The notes below the pieces were generated by a model that was not told the DNA's origin, ran no database searches, and was given only the letters and a program-made list of their open reading frames with translations. A stretch of 64,000 nt of DNA from Callorhinchus milii (Eukaryota), in the NCBI RefSeq assembly GCF_018977255.1, contig NW_024704743.1:99884001-99948000 (forward strand). The letters run 5' to 3'. Positions within the stretch are counted from its first letter, which is position 1. The number at the start of each line of letters is the position of its first letter. The translations under genes and the position numbers were made by a program. Shown one piece after another: positions 1 to 12,435 of the stretch.

Positions 1-415
1 GTTAAAGCACTCGTCTTGCAAGTGAGACACCTGGGTTCAATTCCAGACAGGGCGAAATCTTGGGCAAGTTTCCTTACTCCACACGCCTAATAATAATAAT
101 AATAATCCTTGCATTTGATATAGCGCTTTTTACGTCGGGAGGACATCCCAAAGCGCTTCACAGAACACACTGTAAAGTGAATTGACTGTATATTTGTGGG
201 CCTAATAATAATCCCTCCAAAAAACAAAACAATAATAAATTGGTCATTTTCAGTCCGTGACTGTTTGTGGGACACTGCTGTGCGCAATTGGCTGCCGTGT
301 TTCGCCCACAAATATGCAGTCAATTCACTTCACAGTCTATTCTGTGAAGCGCTTTGAGACGTCTAGAAGACGTGAAAAGCACTATATCAAAAAAAGGATT
401 ATTATATTTATTATT
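1..415 (+). mobile_element. tRNA-derived SINE (5' end cut by window edge), interrupted by an inverted 3' fragment of the same family
   Basis: B box GGTTCAATTCC, body and tail collinear with the full copies at 7885, 33346, 34385, 50470 and 58825; insert at ~98-199. Confidence 0.9.
98..199 (-). mobile_element. 5'-truncated SINE 3' fragment nested in the host SINE
   Basis: Reverse complement of the SINE tail (aatccttgcatttgatatagcgct...tatttgtgg), flanked by the duplication gcctaataataat at 85-97 and 200-212. Confidence 0.9.
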
Positions 416-818
416 AAACCCAATCCTGCTGAAGCTCAGCTGCCAAGTCTACTGAAGGATGTGGTGTTGACAGGACATTAGTTTCACACCACTGCAGAAT
501 AATTTAGACTGTAAATTCAATTCAGGATTTGCTCAGGTATATTAAATGTTATGGTCCCAATTGATACAACTTATGTGAATTTTACTGTCTAATACTAAAG
601 GTGTAACTAACATTAGAGGGATAGAAGTTCTTTCAGATATTATGGGGGAATTTGGAGATCTGAAATATTTTTTGTCTATAGATTTCAACCAGCTATAACG
701 TTTGTGTTTAATTGTCAATGTTCCACTTATCAAACTATATAAATAATTGACTGAGCTTGATCGCCTTTTTACTTGTTTTTGTATACAATCAATTACAAAG
801 AAAAGCTTTTTTCCTCAG

Positions 819-933
819 TGACCATTCAGGGTATGTTCGTCCACCTATGGTGCCTCGAAGCCTCAATAGTGACATTTCCTACTTTGGTGTTGGTGGGAAG
901 CAAGCAGTTTTCTTCATTGGTCAATCAACTAGG
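819..933 (+). CDS. SMCHD1: SMCHD1 exon 6 (GHKL ATPase, glycine-rich YFGVGGKQA motif)
   Basis: ttcctcag|T GAC...AGG|gtaagt; 115 nt; [38 protein letters not shown]. Confidence 0.95.
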
Positions 934-1907
934 GTAAGTGTATACATTTCAGTCAAAAATAACAAGACTTTGCTATCCTTAATATATTAACCTAGTTAAA
1001 GATAGCTTGTTGTCAAAAATAAAATGGTGATAGTCAATGTTCTTTCATGAAATTGGTTTGCTGATCTCTTTCTCATTTCATTGCTGAATAACAAACTTTT
1101 ATACTAATAGGCAAATTATAACCAGAACACAAGTCCCAGGATTTTGATTGCTGCAATCATAAATACGCATGTATAATTTGTTTCAGGATTTCTGGAGAGA
1201 AGCCTAGCTAGGCTCGTCTCCTAATACATGATAAACTATTACACGTGTGGAGAAATATTATCTATAAAACCTTAATTTCCAATTTCTCGAGACTAATGAA
1301 ATACGAGGAAGGAGATGAGGAGGAAAGTCTTGAGCTTATCTCAAGCTGTGGAATTTAGTGTAAGGCATAATGGAACAATTAAAAATGACAAGTATTCCTA
1401 TTTTCCTTAAGCTTGTTCTGTGATTAGCATGAATTCTATAAAGTGATAGTTTTGAAAAATACAGTAAATTCTGATGACACCACCGCTCTTAACTCGTCAC
1501 TGTCACTTAAGTCATCAAATATCATGACTGCTTGCCATATAAACTATTAATAAGAGACATTTCTTTACTTATCAATCCGCTTAACATGTAACCTGTCGCA
1601 TTATAAAATACTACAATATATTATAACAAGGTTTCCCTGTGGAACTTAATGTCTAAAATCTTTTGAGTCGGATTCTTTGATTCATGTTCATTGTTCTAAA
1701 GAATGGAATTGCAGTTGGTTAGGTACAGGGCAGTGTAGCTCATGAAATAGGCAGGAAATGAAGAGGAAATTCTCAAGTCTGTTGAAGTTGAAAAATCTAG
1801 CGTCTGAGAAAATGTTCAACTGAAAACAAATTATATGTTTTATAAGATATTTGCGTGTGTATCAGTTCGTTACTCCAGTAATGTGTCCTGTAATTTTTTT
1901 TCTCAAG

Positions 1908-2027
1908 ATGATAACCAAGCCTGTAGATTCCCAAGATGTGCATGAATTCATACTTTCCAAGGATGATTTTGAAATGAAGGAAAAAAACAAAGAAGCTATA
2001 TACAGTGGCTTTATCAGGAACCGAAAG
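1908..2027 (+). CDS. SMCHD1: SMCHD1 exon 7
   Basis: tctcaag|ATG...AAG|gtaaag; 120 nt; [40 protein letters not shown]. Confidence 0.95.
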
Positions 2028-2585
2028 GTAAAGTAGCATTTTAGAAGTAAGTATGTTGACACAATTTACTACAAACCCTTTGTTACTTCACTTAAAGGGG
2101 GTAAAAAAAAATTGTGTTCAATTCTCTCTCTTTTATAATTTGGCTTTGCTTGTTGCACAAAATATATGCTGAGAGGATTTTTTTCTCAAAAGTAGAAAAC
2201 TTGCATAAGTAGGTAACACCTAACTGAGTTGTGTTATCTATAGCTAATCTCTCCAGAGCTGAGTATTAGTTCTTCCAGGGAAAGAATGGATATTGCATTT
2301 CAAACGAAGGGAAATTTCAATGTGTAGGTGGTGTGTATATATGTGAAACTTTTGGGATTCTATTAAATAAAATGATGGGTTTTCGCACTTGTCAGATATT
2401 TGGCTGCCAAAAAAAATGTATTCAAGTAATTTGGGTAAAACTATGCAAGAGATGTGCTTGAAAGTAGCTGTGTTGGTTTAACAAACAAAAAAGCCTTTTC
2501 AGGTAAATTGACTTGGGTTTAAAATAAAGTGCTGAATCTTATATTTCTGAATTTGTGAACCTTTTTTTCTTTTTTAAAAAAACAG

Positions 2586-2752
2586 GCAACTGATTCATTC
2601 CATATCACCAACGATGATGAACGATTCCTTCATGGCCTCATTTTGGAAGAAAAAAATAAGGAGAGCTTTACTGCAGTGATTATCACAGGTGTTCAGGTAG
2701 TCCATATACAGTATCTGAAGAACTACTTTCATCTCTGGACAAGACAGTTAGC
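2586..2752 (+). CDS. SMCHD1: SMCHD1 exon 8
   Basis: aacag|GCA...GC|gtaagt; 167 nt; [55 protein letters not shown]. Confidence 0.95.
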
Positions 2753-3075
2753 GTAAGTGATTTTGTTTCAAAACTGCAAGAAAGTTTTTGTATGATCTAT
2801 CTTCAACCTTTAAAAGATGCTTAAATACTGTACATACAAGACTGGCATGAAACCTAAAATATAGCAGAACCCCATTATAATGCACTATAAGTATGTTGGT
2901 GCAGATCAGATCCTTCGGAGAGGGTACTTTAATTGTAGAGTTTATTTTTAAAGGACTATCTTTGCACTTCTTTATTCCCTTCTACTCCAGCTTCACCACA
3001 AACCACCGCTGAGTGGATTGTGCATCACTTGTTGCAACTTGTACTTAAGCCAATGATGCTTTTACTTCATTTTAG

Positions 3076-3169
3076 CCACATATACCACTACTACATTCAT
3101 GGACCTAAAGGAAATGACATGAGGGGTACAACAAAAGAAGTGGGATCTTACAACAACATCGATATAGAG
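3076..3169 (+). CDS. SMCHD1: SMCHD1 exon 9
   Basis: tttag|C CAC...GAG|gtaaat; 94 nt; [31 protein letters not shown]. Confidence 0.95.
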
Positions 3170-3559
3170 GTAAATTAAACATTACTTTTGATTTAATATT
3201 TTTCATCAGTAATAGGAAATAATTTTACAGCTAAGTTATCTATTGCAAGCCAGAGCATTTTTAAATTAATATGTTGCTTCATAGAAGAGTGGATCACGAG
3301 TGAGGATTTTTTTCTCAAATGTTTTTTCAAGAATTGATGCTTAATAGATTTCTCATTGCTTCTTGTCCCAAAAAGCTGAGTAGTTTGATTTACTGTTTGT
3401 TTAATCTTGAATACTGATGAACTCCAGGAGGAAAGAGGTATTGGTCTCAACGATGTATTAAAATACCTTTAGTTAAAATTGATTGAACGTGAAATAAAAA
3501 GCATTTGTTATTCCTAATTCTAACTACAGTAAAAAACATTATAACACCCTGTATTATAA

Positions 3560-4173
3560 TGACCTGCTCTGCCTTCTGCCACTTCCGCAACATCGCCTGG
3601 CTACGCCAATGCCTCTCCCCTCAGGCCACCGAAACCCTCGTCTACGCGTTCGTTACATCTAGGCTCGACTATGCCAACTCTCTGCTTGTCGGCCTTCCTA
3701 ACTCTTCCCTCCACAAGCTGCAGATCATCCAGAACTCTGCAGCTTGTGATCCTATCATCCCCACCCTCACCCAACTCCACTGATTTCCCATCTCCCAGAG
3801 GATAGAGTTCATAATCCTTGTCCTCGCCATCAAGGCTCTCCACGCCTTGCTCCTTCCTACCTCTGTGATCTACTAGCCCCATATTAACCTGTCTGCTCCC
3901 TCCGCTCAGCAGGCTCTGGCCTGCTCCACATCCCTTGCAGGGCATGCCCCACCACCGGTGATCCCACATTCACTTTGCCTTGCTCCATCCCTTGCCTCCT
4001 TCAAGGCACGTCTCAAGACCCTCCTCTTCAATGGCGCCTTTGGCCACTCCTATGTGCCCTGCCTCCACTCTCCCTGATCACAACCCCCTGCTCGGGTCCA
4101 AATTCCTGACTGTCCAGTGCCTTGGGATGTCCTCCTGACGTCAAATGTGCTATACAAATATAATTTTGTATTG
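3560..4173 (+). mobile_element. L2-clade LINE, 3' fragment
   Basis: Peptide FRNIAWLRQCLSPQATETLVYAFVTSRLDYANSLL typical of L2 ORF2 C-terminus; ends in cttgggatgtcctcctgacg tail. Confidence 0.88.
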
Positions 4174-5626
4174 GGATTAACATACTGGATATCAAAACAG
4201 TTAAATATTTTTATATCTGATGATAAAAGGCCAATGTTTTGATAGATAAACATTGTTTTTTGTATGACAGAGTGGCCTTGTCCTCCACAACAGTTTATTT
4301 GTTAAAGCCCGTTTAAGTTAAGTACAGTATAAGTTTATTTAAGTCTATAAAAAAACTTTTTTTTAATTTTGCTCATATTTACAACCTGAATCACTCAGAC
4401 TTTCGCCATCAGAGAACCAACAGTTAGAACCTCACAGAAGGCAAGGCTGTTTTGACTGTTGTGACAAGATCTCTGAGTAGAAATTTTAGATCTTGCCTTC
4501 TGTGAGGTTCGGCCTGATTGTTAAGTAAGTTCGTTTGGATGATATATCCAATATTTTACTTATTGCGATGTATAGAATGTGACTTTATATGTTCTAAGCG
4601 AGTGGTGAAATAAAGAGGAGGGGGGAGGAGGGGCATCCTTATTCAACAACAACAACAACTTGGATTTATATAGCGCCCTCCATGCCGGTCGGAGTCTCAG
4701 AGCGCTTATTCACATTGTGCATAGGAAGCGGCTGGGATATTGACAGCATAATGATATAAACCAGGGTGGTCCAACCTTTTGGTCCAAGCAGATTCCCTAT
4801 TTGAGAAAGTTCCAAGGGCTCCATAAATAATATTTTGTGTTTCCCTTCCAGAAACATAACATTCATATACCTTTTTCATATTGGAAGGACATCTCAAAGC
4901 ACTCAACCCTGTCGGCTAGGCACCTGAACTAGAAGTAGGAGCTGAGAGAGGTGGGATGGGGAGGGGAAAAAATTACCAAAGGAGAGGTCAGAGAGTTAGG
5001 ACTTGACATGGCTTGAAAGAGGGGAGGGAGGGAGCGAGATGGAGAGATTCCAGGAATGGACGTTTGCTAGGGTTTTCCCTTCCAAAATGTTGAAGTTCAG
5101 TCCAAATTGCATAACCCTTAAATTATTTACTGGCTCTTGACTTTTTTGGGAGTTCCTAATTTAACATTAGTGCAAGTACATTAATTTGAGCAAGGTTCAG
5201 GATGACCACATTATTATTAAGCATATCATCAGAAAGCTGATTTGCTTATAACAAGGTCTTCTATGGTAGAAGTTGTTACTGGAAGTGTGATACACTTTTG
5301 GCGCTGGCTTCCTGTGCATTCGACCTGCCTGATCAACAGCAATATTTTTGTAACTTAATCATTATGTTATAAAGAGGTTGATTTGTACGTTCAATCTTCT
5401 TTTCCTCTGATTAGTTACACTGATCATTCTATTGTTGTTTAGCGTCCAAACAGAATGTTTAATTTAAAAGTGAAGAAAACTAAAGTAAATGAAAGTATAT
5501 ATTGATCAAACCTTGTCTGGAATTATTTCCTTTTTCTGATGGATATGATGGTGAGACTGCCTCTTTAATTGTGTTTTTTCAATGTTTACAATTCTGTTGT
5601 GCTATTTTATATTTTCTTTATATCAG

Positions 5627-5837
5627 ATCTCAATGTTTGAAAAGGGAAAAGTTCCAAAGATTGTGAATCTAAGAGAAATAAAAGACGACATGCAAACTCG
5701 CTTCATCAACACTGCTTCTGACAGCTTTGAGTTTAAAGCACACGTAGAAGGAGAAGGTGTTGTAGAAGGAATAATACGTTATCATCCTTTCCTCTATGAT
5801 AAAGAAACTTATCCAGAAGATCTGAGCTGTCCATTGA
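5627..5837 (+). CDS. SMCHD1: SMCHD1 exon 10
   Basis: tatcag|ATC...TTG A|gtaaga; 211 nt; [26 protein letters not shown]...[19 protein letters not shown]. Confidence 0.95.
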
Positions 5838-6672
5838 GTAAGAGTGTTTTTTATTATTATTGAATGGTTTAAAGTAAGATGGTCGAATTGCAGAGAGGAA
5901 TATCAATCTGAACCTCGTTGTAGATCAGTTTAAACCAAATTCTTCCATTTGCAGGCTTCATGAGGGAAGGAAAAGAAGTTACGAGTATGCTGATTTACAT
6001 GTTGATCAGAATCTTCTCCTTTATTTTCCATCCCCCTCTTACCTTTGAGTTTTGATATCTGCATATATGGTTTGTTGATCATAATCCTAAATACTGTAAT
6101 GTAGTTTTCAAAGGTTAATTTCCATGGTTTCCCTGGTCTAAATAATGAATGTGAAGTACAGTTGCTTGTACAACAACATTTCTGAAATATGAAATTGTTT
6201 AGGGATTTTTTGCTTCTGGCTAGCCTACGCAGTATTAACCAAAAGAGGTGCTGCTCCCAAAGTAAGGTTGGGGAGAAATTGTCGATGGGCAAGAATTTTG
6301 ACCTTAAATCGCAGCTTTACATGAATTAACACACTTGTGCCTGCTATTCACTCTTCTGATAAACTTTAACACTTATAATAATATGATGGCCAACACACTG
6401 TGTGACCTTGCATTGAATAAAACCATGGACTAAATGCACTGAATGGGTGATGGAAGCATTAAAATGGTTTGTGATTTTGGAGATTTTTTTGACTCTTGAT
6501 CTCCAAATACATTTTTCTGCTGACATTTTGATTTCAATGTATGCCGGCATACAGGAGAATTTAGAGTTTAATTTTGTGTTGTTGCAAGAATTTTTCTTAA
6601 TTTAGGGCATACTTATTTACACAGATTTGTTTCAAGTCCCAAGTTGTGGAAGGGAATGAGAGAAAATGAAGT

Positions 6673-9266
6673 ACATAAGAACATAAGAATTAGGAGCAGG
6701 AGTAGGCCATTTGGCCCCTCGAGCCTGCCCCGCCATTCGATAAGATGGCTGATCTTCAGACCTAACTAATTCCCTTCCCTATCCCCATATCCCCTAATCC
6801 CTCTATTTTTTAAAAATCTATCAGTCTCAGTCTTGAAGATGTTCAACCCTTCTGGGTTAGTGAATTCCATAAATTCACTACCCTCTGAGTGAAGAAATGT
6901 ATCCTCAACTCTGTTCTAAAAGGCTGACCCTTAATTTTAAGACTGTGACCCCTGGTTATAGATTCTCCTACCAGGGGAAACGGACCCTCAGTGTCTACTT
7001 TATCCAGCCCTTTAAGAATCTTATGTTTCAATAAGATCTCCCCTAATTCTTCTGTACTCTAGAGAATATAGCCCTAGTTTATTCAGCCTATCCTCATAGG
7101 TCAGTCCCCTCATCCCAGGAACTAACTTAGTGAATCTATGCTGCACCCCCTCTAGGGCAAGTGTGTCCTTTTTTAAATAAGGAGACCAAAACTGCACACA
7201 ATACTCAAGGTGCGGTCTCACCAAGGCCCTATACAGTTGCAGCAAGACGTCCCTACTCTTGTACTCTAAACCTTTTGCAATGAACGCTAACATGCCGTTC
7301 GCCTTCTTAGTTGCTTGCTGCACCTGCAAACTAACTTTTTGAGACTGGTGTACAAGGACACCCAAACCCCCTGAACACTAACACGTATCTAATCTCTCCC
7401 CCTCTAGAAAATAATCTGTTTTTCTATTTTTTCTACCAAGGTGAATAACTTCACACTTCCCCACATTAAATTCCATCTGCCACCTACTTGCCCACCTCCC
7501 TAGCCTATCTATATCCCGTTACAATCTTTTTGCATCATCCTCAGAGCTTACTCTCCCACCTAGTTTAGTGTCACCGGCGAATTTAAGTACGTTACATTCA
7601 ATGTCCTCGTTTAGATCATTGATGTAAATTGTAAATAGCTGAGGCCCAAGCACTGATCCTTGTGGCACTCCACTAGTCACATCCTGCCAATTTGAGAATG
7701 ACCCGTTTATCCCTACTCTCCGTTTTCTACCCGTTAGGCACTCTTCAATCCATACTAATATGTTCCCATTAATCCCGTGGGCCTTAACCTTGTGTAATAG
7801 CCTTTTGTGTGGCACTTTGTCAAATGCCTTTTTAAAATCTAAATATACTACACCTCCTGGTTCCCCCTATCTAACCTGCTATCAGTGGAGTCCTGTCGCT
7901 CAGTGGTTAGAGCACTCACTTTGCAAGCGAGAGACCTGAGTTCAATTCCAGGCAGAGGGCGAAACCTTGGGCAAGTTTCCTTACTCCACACAGAGCCTAA
8001 TAATAATCCCTCCAAAACCAAAAACAATAATAAATTGGTCATTTTCAATCTATGACTGTTTGTGGGACATTGCTGTGCGCAATTGGCCGCCGCGTTCGCC
8101 CACAAATATACAGTCAATTCACTTTACAGTGTGTTCTGTGAAGCGCTTTGGGACGTCCTCCTGACGTGAAAAGCGCTATATCAAATGCAAGGATTATTAT
8201 TATTATTATTATTATAGATACATCTTCAAAAAACTCTAAAAGATTACTTAAGCATGACTTCCCTTTTGTAAAGCCATGTTGACTCTGCCTAATCTTGTTA
8301 TGGTCTTCCAGAAATCCCATAACGACATCTTTAATTAAGGACTCAAGAATTTTCCCTACCACTGATGTCAGACTAACTGGTCTATAGTTCCCCATCTTTT
8401 CTCTCCCACCCTTCTTAAATAGTGGTGTTACGTTTGCAATCTTCCAATCAAAGGGAACCGTTCCAGAATCCAGAGAATTTTGGAAGATCAAAGATAAGCC
8501 ATCCACTATCTCAGTAGCCACCTCTTTTAAAACCCTAGGATGTAGGCCATCAGATCCAGGAGATTTATCAGTTTTAAGACCTGACAATTTACCTAAAACC
8601 ATTTCTTTACTAATATTAATTCCCCCAAGTTGCTCGCTAACATTGTTTTCTTGGTTCTCCTCTACTCTTGGTAGGTTTTCAGTGTCTTCTAAGGTGAAGA
8701 CAGTAGCAAAGTACTTGTTTAATGACTCTGCCATGTCTTTGTCCCCTACTATAATTCCCCCCGTCTCTGCCTGTAGCGGACTCACATTTACCTTTGACAG
8801 CCTCTTCCTCTTTATATATTTATAAAGACTTTTGCAGTCTGTCTTTATGTTCTTCACTAGTTTGCCCTCATATTCCATTTTCTCCCTCTTAATCACTTTT
8901 TTGGTTCTTCTTTGTTGATCCTTAAAGTTCTCCCAATCCTCAGGTTTACTACTCATCTTAGCTGTTTTATAAGCTTCTTCCTTTAACTTTATACTTTCCC
9001 TAACTGCTCTAGTTAACCACGGTTGGGCCACCTTTCCCGTGGCATTCTTATTCTTCAAAGGAATACGTGCTCGCTGGGAATTTTGAACTATCTCCTTAAA
9101 AGTCTGCCATTGCTGGTCTACTGTCAAATCCTTAAGTCTAACTTCCCAGTTTATTTTGGCTAAATCCTCTCTCATACCAGCAAAATTGGCTCTACTTAAA
9201 TTTAAAACCTTTGCTTCGGACTTAACTACTTCTCTCTCACTTAATGCTAAATTTTATCATATTATG
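6673..9266 (-). mobile_element. CR1-clade LINE, 5'-truncated and disrupted (RT region plus 3' UTR), with a SINE inserted
   Basis: Minus ORFs 8114-9175, 7519-7815 and 7021-7365 contain [36 protein letters not shown] and LVRPHLEYCVQFWSPY; terminal (acataaga)n repeat at 6673. Confidence 0.93.
7885..8214 (+). mobile_element. Full-length tRNA-Ala(TGC)-like SINE inserted into the CR1 RT region
   Basis: A box (gctcagtgg), anticodon arm around TTTGCAA, B box gttcaattcc, (ATT)n tail; splits CR1 coding FFEDVS / SRLDRG. Confidence 0.93.
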
Positions 9267-9332
9267 TATTAGTATCTCTAATTTAAATTCTTTAAACTAG
9301 TAGGTGAATATTTGTGTCTATTTTTGTCTCAG

Positions 9333-9450
9333 ATGTGATGGATGATGAAGATGAAGACTGCTTTTCTGTTGATAAAGCTGCAAGAGGGAAAAGGCCAATA
9401 TTTGAATGTTTTTGGAATGGAAGATTAATTCCGTACACCACAGTGGAAGA
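9333..9450 (+). CDS. SMCHD1: SMCHD1 exon 11
   Basis: gtctcag|AT...GA|gtaaga; 118 nt; [38 protein letters not shown]. Confidence 0.95.
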
Positions 9451-9512
9451 GTAAGATACTTTGTTACACCAGTTAATTCAATGTCTTGTTTTAATTGTAT
9501 GTTTGATATTAA

Positions 9513-9692
9513 AAAAATTGGTCATTTAATCCACGACTGTCTGTGGGACACTGCTGTGCAAAATCGGCTTCCGCATTTCTCCTGTAAAATATACAGTCAA
9601 TTCACTTTACAATATATTCTGTGAAATGCTTTGAGACGTCTCGAAAATGTAATAAGACACTACATCAAATGCACAGATTTTTATATATTATT
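9513..9692 (+). mobile_element. Degraded SINE 3' half
   Basis: aaattggtcattt...gactgtctgtgggacactgctgtgc...atcaaatgca, similar to the SINE body and tail. Confidence 0.75.
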
Positions 9693-10729
9693 TTAAATTT
9701 TCCCCTTTGTAGATTTTAGTTGAGGATGGGCTCCCAGACCTCTGCCAGGACAATTATGTGCACAAGAATCTCTGGGTCATTTCATTTTAAATTGAGAGGA
9801 TTCGCTCTGCTGTCTCTATTTTTTGCAACCTTCCCACATTTTTAACCCAATCTCCTTTATCCCTTTCCTCCCTCATCTGCTGTATAAACCCAAAATATGC
9901 TCCCTGCTGATGGACATCCTAAACCTGTCTTTGTCCACCGGTACAGTTCCCACATCTTTCAAAACCGATGTCATCAATGACGCCCACGCACCACCCCCAC
10001 CCCAACTCCTTTCAAAAAGTCTTCCCTCGACCCATCCTGGTTCCCTTGCTACTTATCTATCTCCAAATTCCCTTCCCTCTCATAGGTACTGGAACGAATC
10101 GTTGATTCTCAGCTTTGTTCCCATCACTCCCTGCAAATCGTTTCCTTTACTCCCAGCATGAGTTCCCACCAATCATCCTCTTTGACCACGCCTTAAATCA
10201 TCTTTATTTGACTAGATCAGAATTGGATTTTTCCACTCCATAGTATATTTTGAATTGTTAAGTTGTTTGCAGGTTTTATTAGTGTATTTCAAAAATGTAT
10301 TGTGGATATGAAATCTAACTATCATAGTCTGCAGCCTCACACTTTAGTTAAATGTAGTTAGAAGATGCTTTTGGATTAAATAAATCTAATATAATCAGAT
10401 TCTGCTCCATAAGGACTACTGGAGTTGTAACATTTTAATAACCTGGAATTTGTATGTTTTAACAATTTGTGTTCATGGATACAGTACTTGATGATTACCC
10501 AATGTTTTTGAGAGGGAGAGAAAGAGACAAATAGATTCTAAAATACTGTATTCAAGTTGCATGTTTGTAAAATGTTATAACGATAAAATCATCTGGAAAT
10601 AATGTTGTATTCCTGATAGAATATTCTTCAAAATTGTTACAAAGTGTTTTGTATATGTTATGAAATGTATTGGTTGTTGCTAAAAATTGTATCCTAAAGT
10701 TAAGTGGACAATTGTTTTTCTTTTTCTAG

Positions 10730-10913
10730 CTTTGAGTTTTGTGCTCCTCCCAAAAAAAGAGGATTGGTACCACTAGAATGTTACAACAGGATCTCGGGTA
10801 TACTTTTCACCAATGATAAATTTCAGGTCAGCACCAACAAGTTGACGTTCATGGATCTAGAACTGAAGCTGAAGGATAAGAACACTCTTTTCACACGTGT
10901 TGTGAATGGCCAG
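10730..10913 (+). CDS. SMCHD1: SMCHD1 exon 12
   Basis: ttctag|C TTT...CAG|gtactg; 184 nt; [61 protein letters not shown]. Confidence 0.95.
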
Positions 10914-11729
10914 GTACTGAAGTTTATTTCATTTTCATTCTTAATTTAAGGCAAACAAAAGTACTAAATTGTGGCAAATTTTATCAGGTCTCCCTGTTCA
11001 AGTAAACATTAACCATCGCATGATAATTCAAAAAAGGGTAGGTTCTCTTTGGGTTTTGGCTAACAATGCTCCAGATAAATGGATTATTAATTTTGTGACA
11101 ATCCGTTCAACCTTACTTTGTGCAAATTGGCTGCTGTTAGCCTAACAGTCAACTAAACTGACAGTAATTACTTACAATGTGATTTAAGGTGTTTCAACTT
11201 TAAAGATACTATATCAAATGAAGGGATTATTATATATTGCATCTTGAATACCTCATGCATTAACATTTGTATCAAGATGAAGTTTCTTGGGCAATATTGG
11301 TATCGATGGATGCCATGATTAGGGTTAACTCCCGCATAATGAGACTCATGGACTTGTACTTTAAACTGTATTGGTAGCACTGTGACCTGTCTTAAGAGCC
11401 CTTTCGATTTTCTTGATTAGTCTTTCCACAGACCTTTGTGAGGTAGACAAGTCCTTGATGAAAAATGTTCCTGTTGCTCGCCACTCTTGCTTATAACTCC
11501 ATTGTGTAGAGACTTCAAGCAAGCTTGTTTCTTTTGTTAGCTAAGTTCTTTAAAATAATAGCTATCATTAAATATCAGACTTTCAAATTGCTCATTAGTG
11601 TTGTACAGATATGTTCTCTGGACTGCAGGTTCTTTGCTTGTGGATATCCTAAGAAAGAGGAGATGGGGAAATGATTTAACTTTTTCTAGATCCATGTGGT
11701 TGTGCATTTTCCTATTTGCTTGCATTCTT

Positions 11730-11915
11730 TTAATAATAATAATATTCCTTGAATTTGATATAGAACTTTTCACATCTTCTAGTTGTCTCAACTGAAACTG
11801 TAAACTGAATTGACTGTATATTTGTGTGAGAAATGCGACAGCCAATTGCGCAAGCAGTGTCCAACAAACAGTTGTGGATTGAAGTGACCAATTTTATTAT
11901 TTTTTTACTTTATTA
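11730..11915 (-). mobile_element. Degraded SINE 3' half
   Basis: taataataat...ttgactgtatatttgtg...gccaattgcgc...gaccaatttt is the reverse complement of the SINE body. Confidence 0.7.
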
Positions 11916-12237
11916 TTGAGGCTCTATGAAGCCCTTTGAGACTTTCTCCTGATATGAAAGGCAGAATATCAGTGTAAGATTGTTGTTAACTAATTAAACA
12001 TCACCTCCTATTTGTGTTTGGTAAACAACAACATTACATTTGTATAGTGTCTTTTGCTGCACTGTTTTTTTAAGCTTTATTGCCTAATCTTTACATTACT
12101 ATTGAATTTTAATTCTGATTTATGTTTAAAAGTAATTCACAATTTTTCAACAGTGATTTGCATACATTCCATGCTAAAGGTTTTTTGCACAGGAACATTT
12201 TAAATTTTTTGTTGTAACTTGCCATTTAATCTTTTAG

Positions 12238-12435
12238 GAGCAACGGATGAAAATAGACAGAGAATTTGCTATGTGGCTCAAAGAATGCCATGAAAAATAT
12301 GACAAGCAAATAAAGTTCAGTGGCTACAGAGGCACAATTGTAAGGTCTGATTTGCCATCTAAAAGAATGCAGGCTCCTTGGGCTGTATATGCAGCGATTG
12401 AGTGGGATGGAAAAACATTCAAAACAGACCAGTTG
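12238..12435 (+). CDS. SMCHD1: SMCHD1 exon 13
   Basis: cttttag|GAG...TTG|gtgagt; 198 nt; [27 protein letters not shown]...[13 protein letters not shown]. Confidence 0.95.

Noticed and set aside
87..481. Recurring short ORFs such as MGKFPYST... and ...KCKDYYYY (also 7967, 34465, 34559, 50550, 53582, 58903)
   Set aside because: Incidental translations of the same SINE; frames differ between copies and there is no sign of coding constraint.
1194..1221. 14-bp palindrome agcctagctaggct with short ggaga/tctcc extension
   Set aside because: Short and single, so compatible with chance or a decayed MITE; no supporting context.
7885..7960. tRNA-Ala(TGC)-like sequences (also ~33346, 34385, 50470, 58825)
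   Set aside because: The acceptor stem is not properly formed, and each continues into the same ~250-nt body and (ATT)n tail. These are SINE heads, not tRNA genes.
8114..9175. 353-aa minus-strand ORF as a nested host gene
   Set aside because: It is a piece of CR1 ORF2 read through into the inserted SINE tail (poly-Ile from ATT repeats); the rest of the element is broken.
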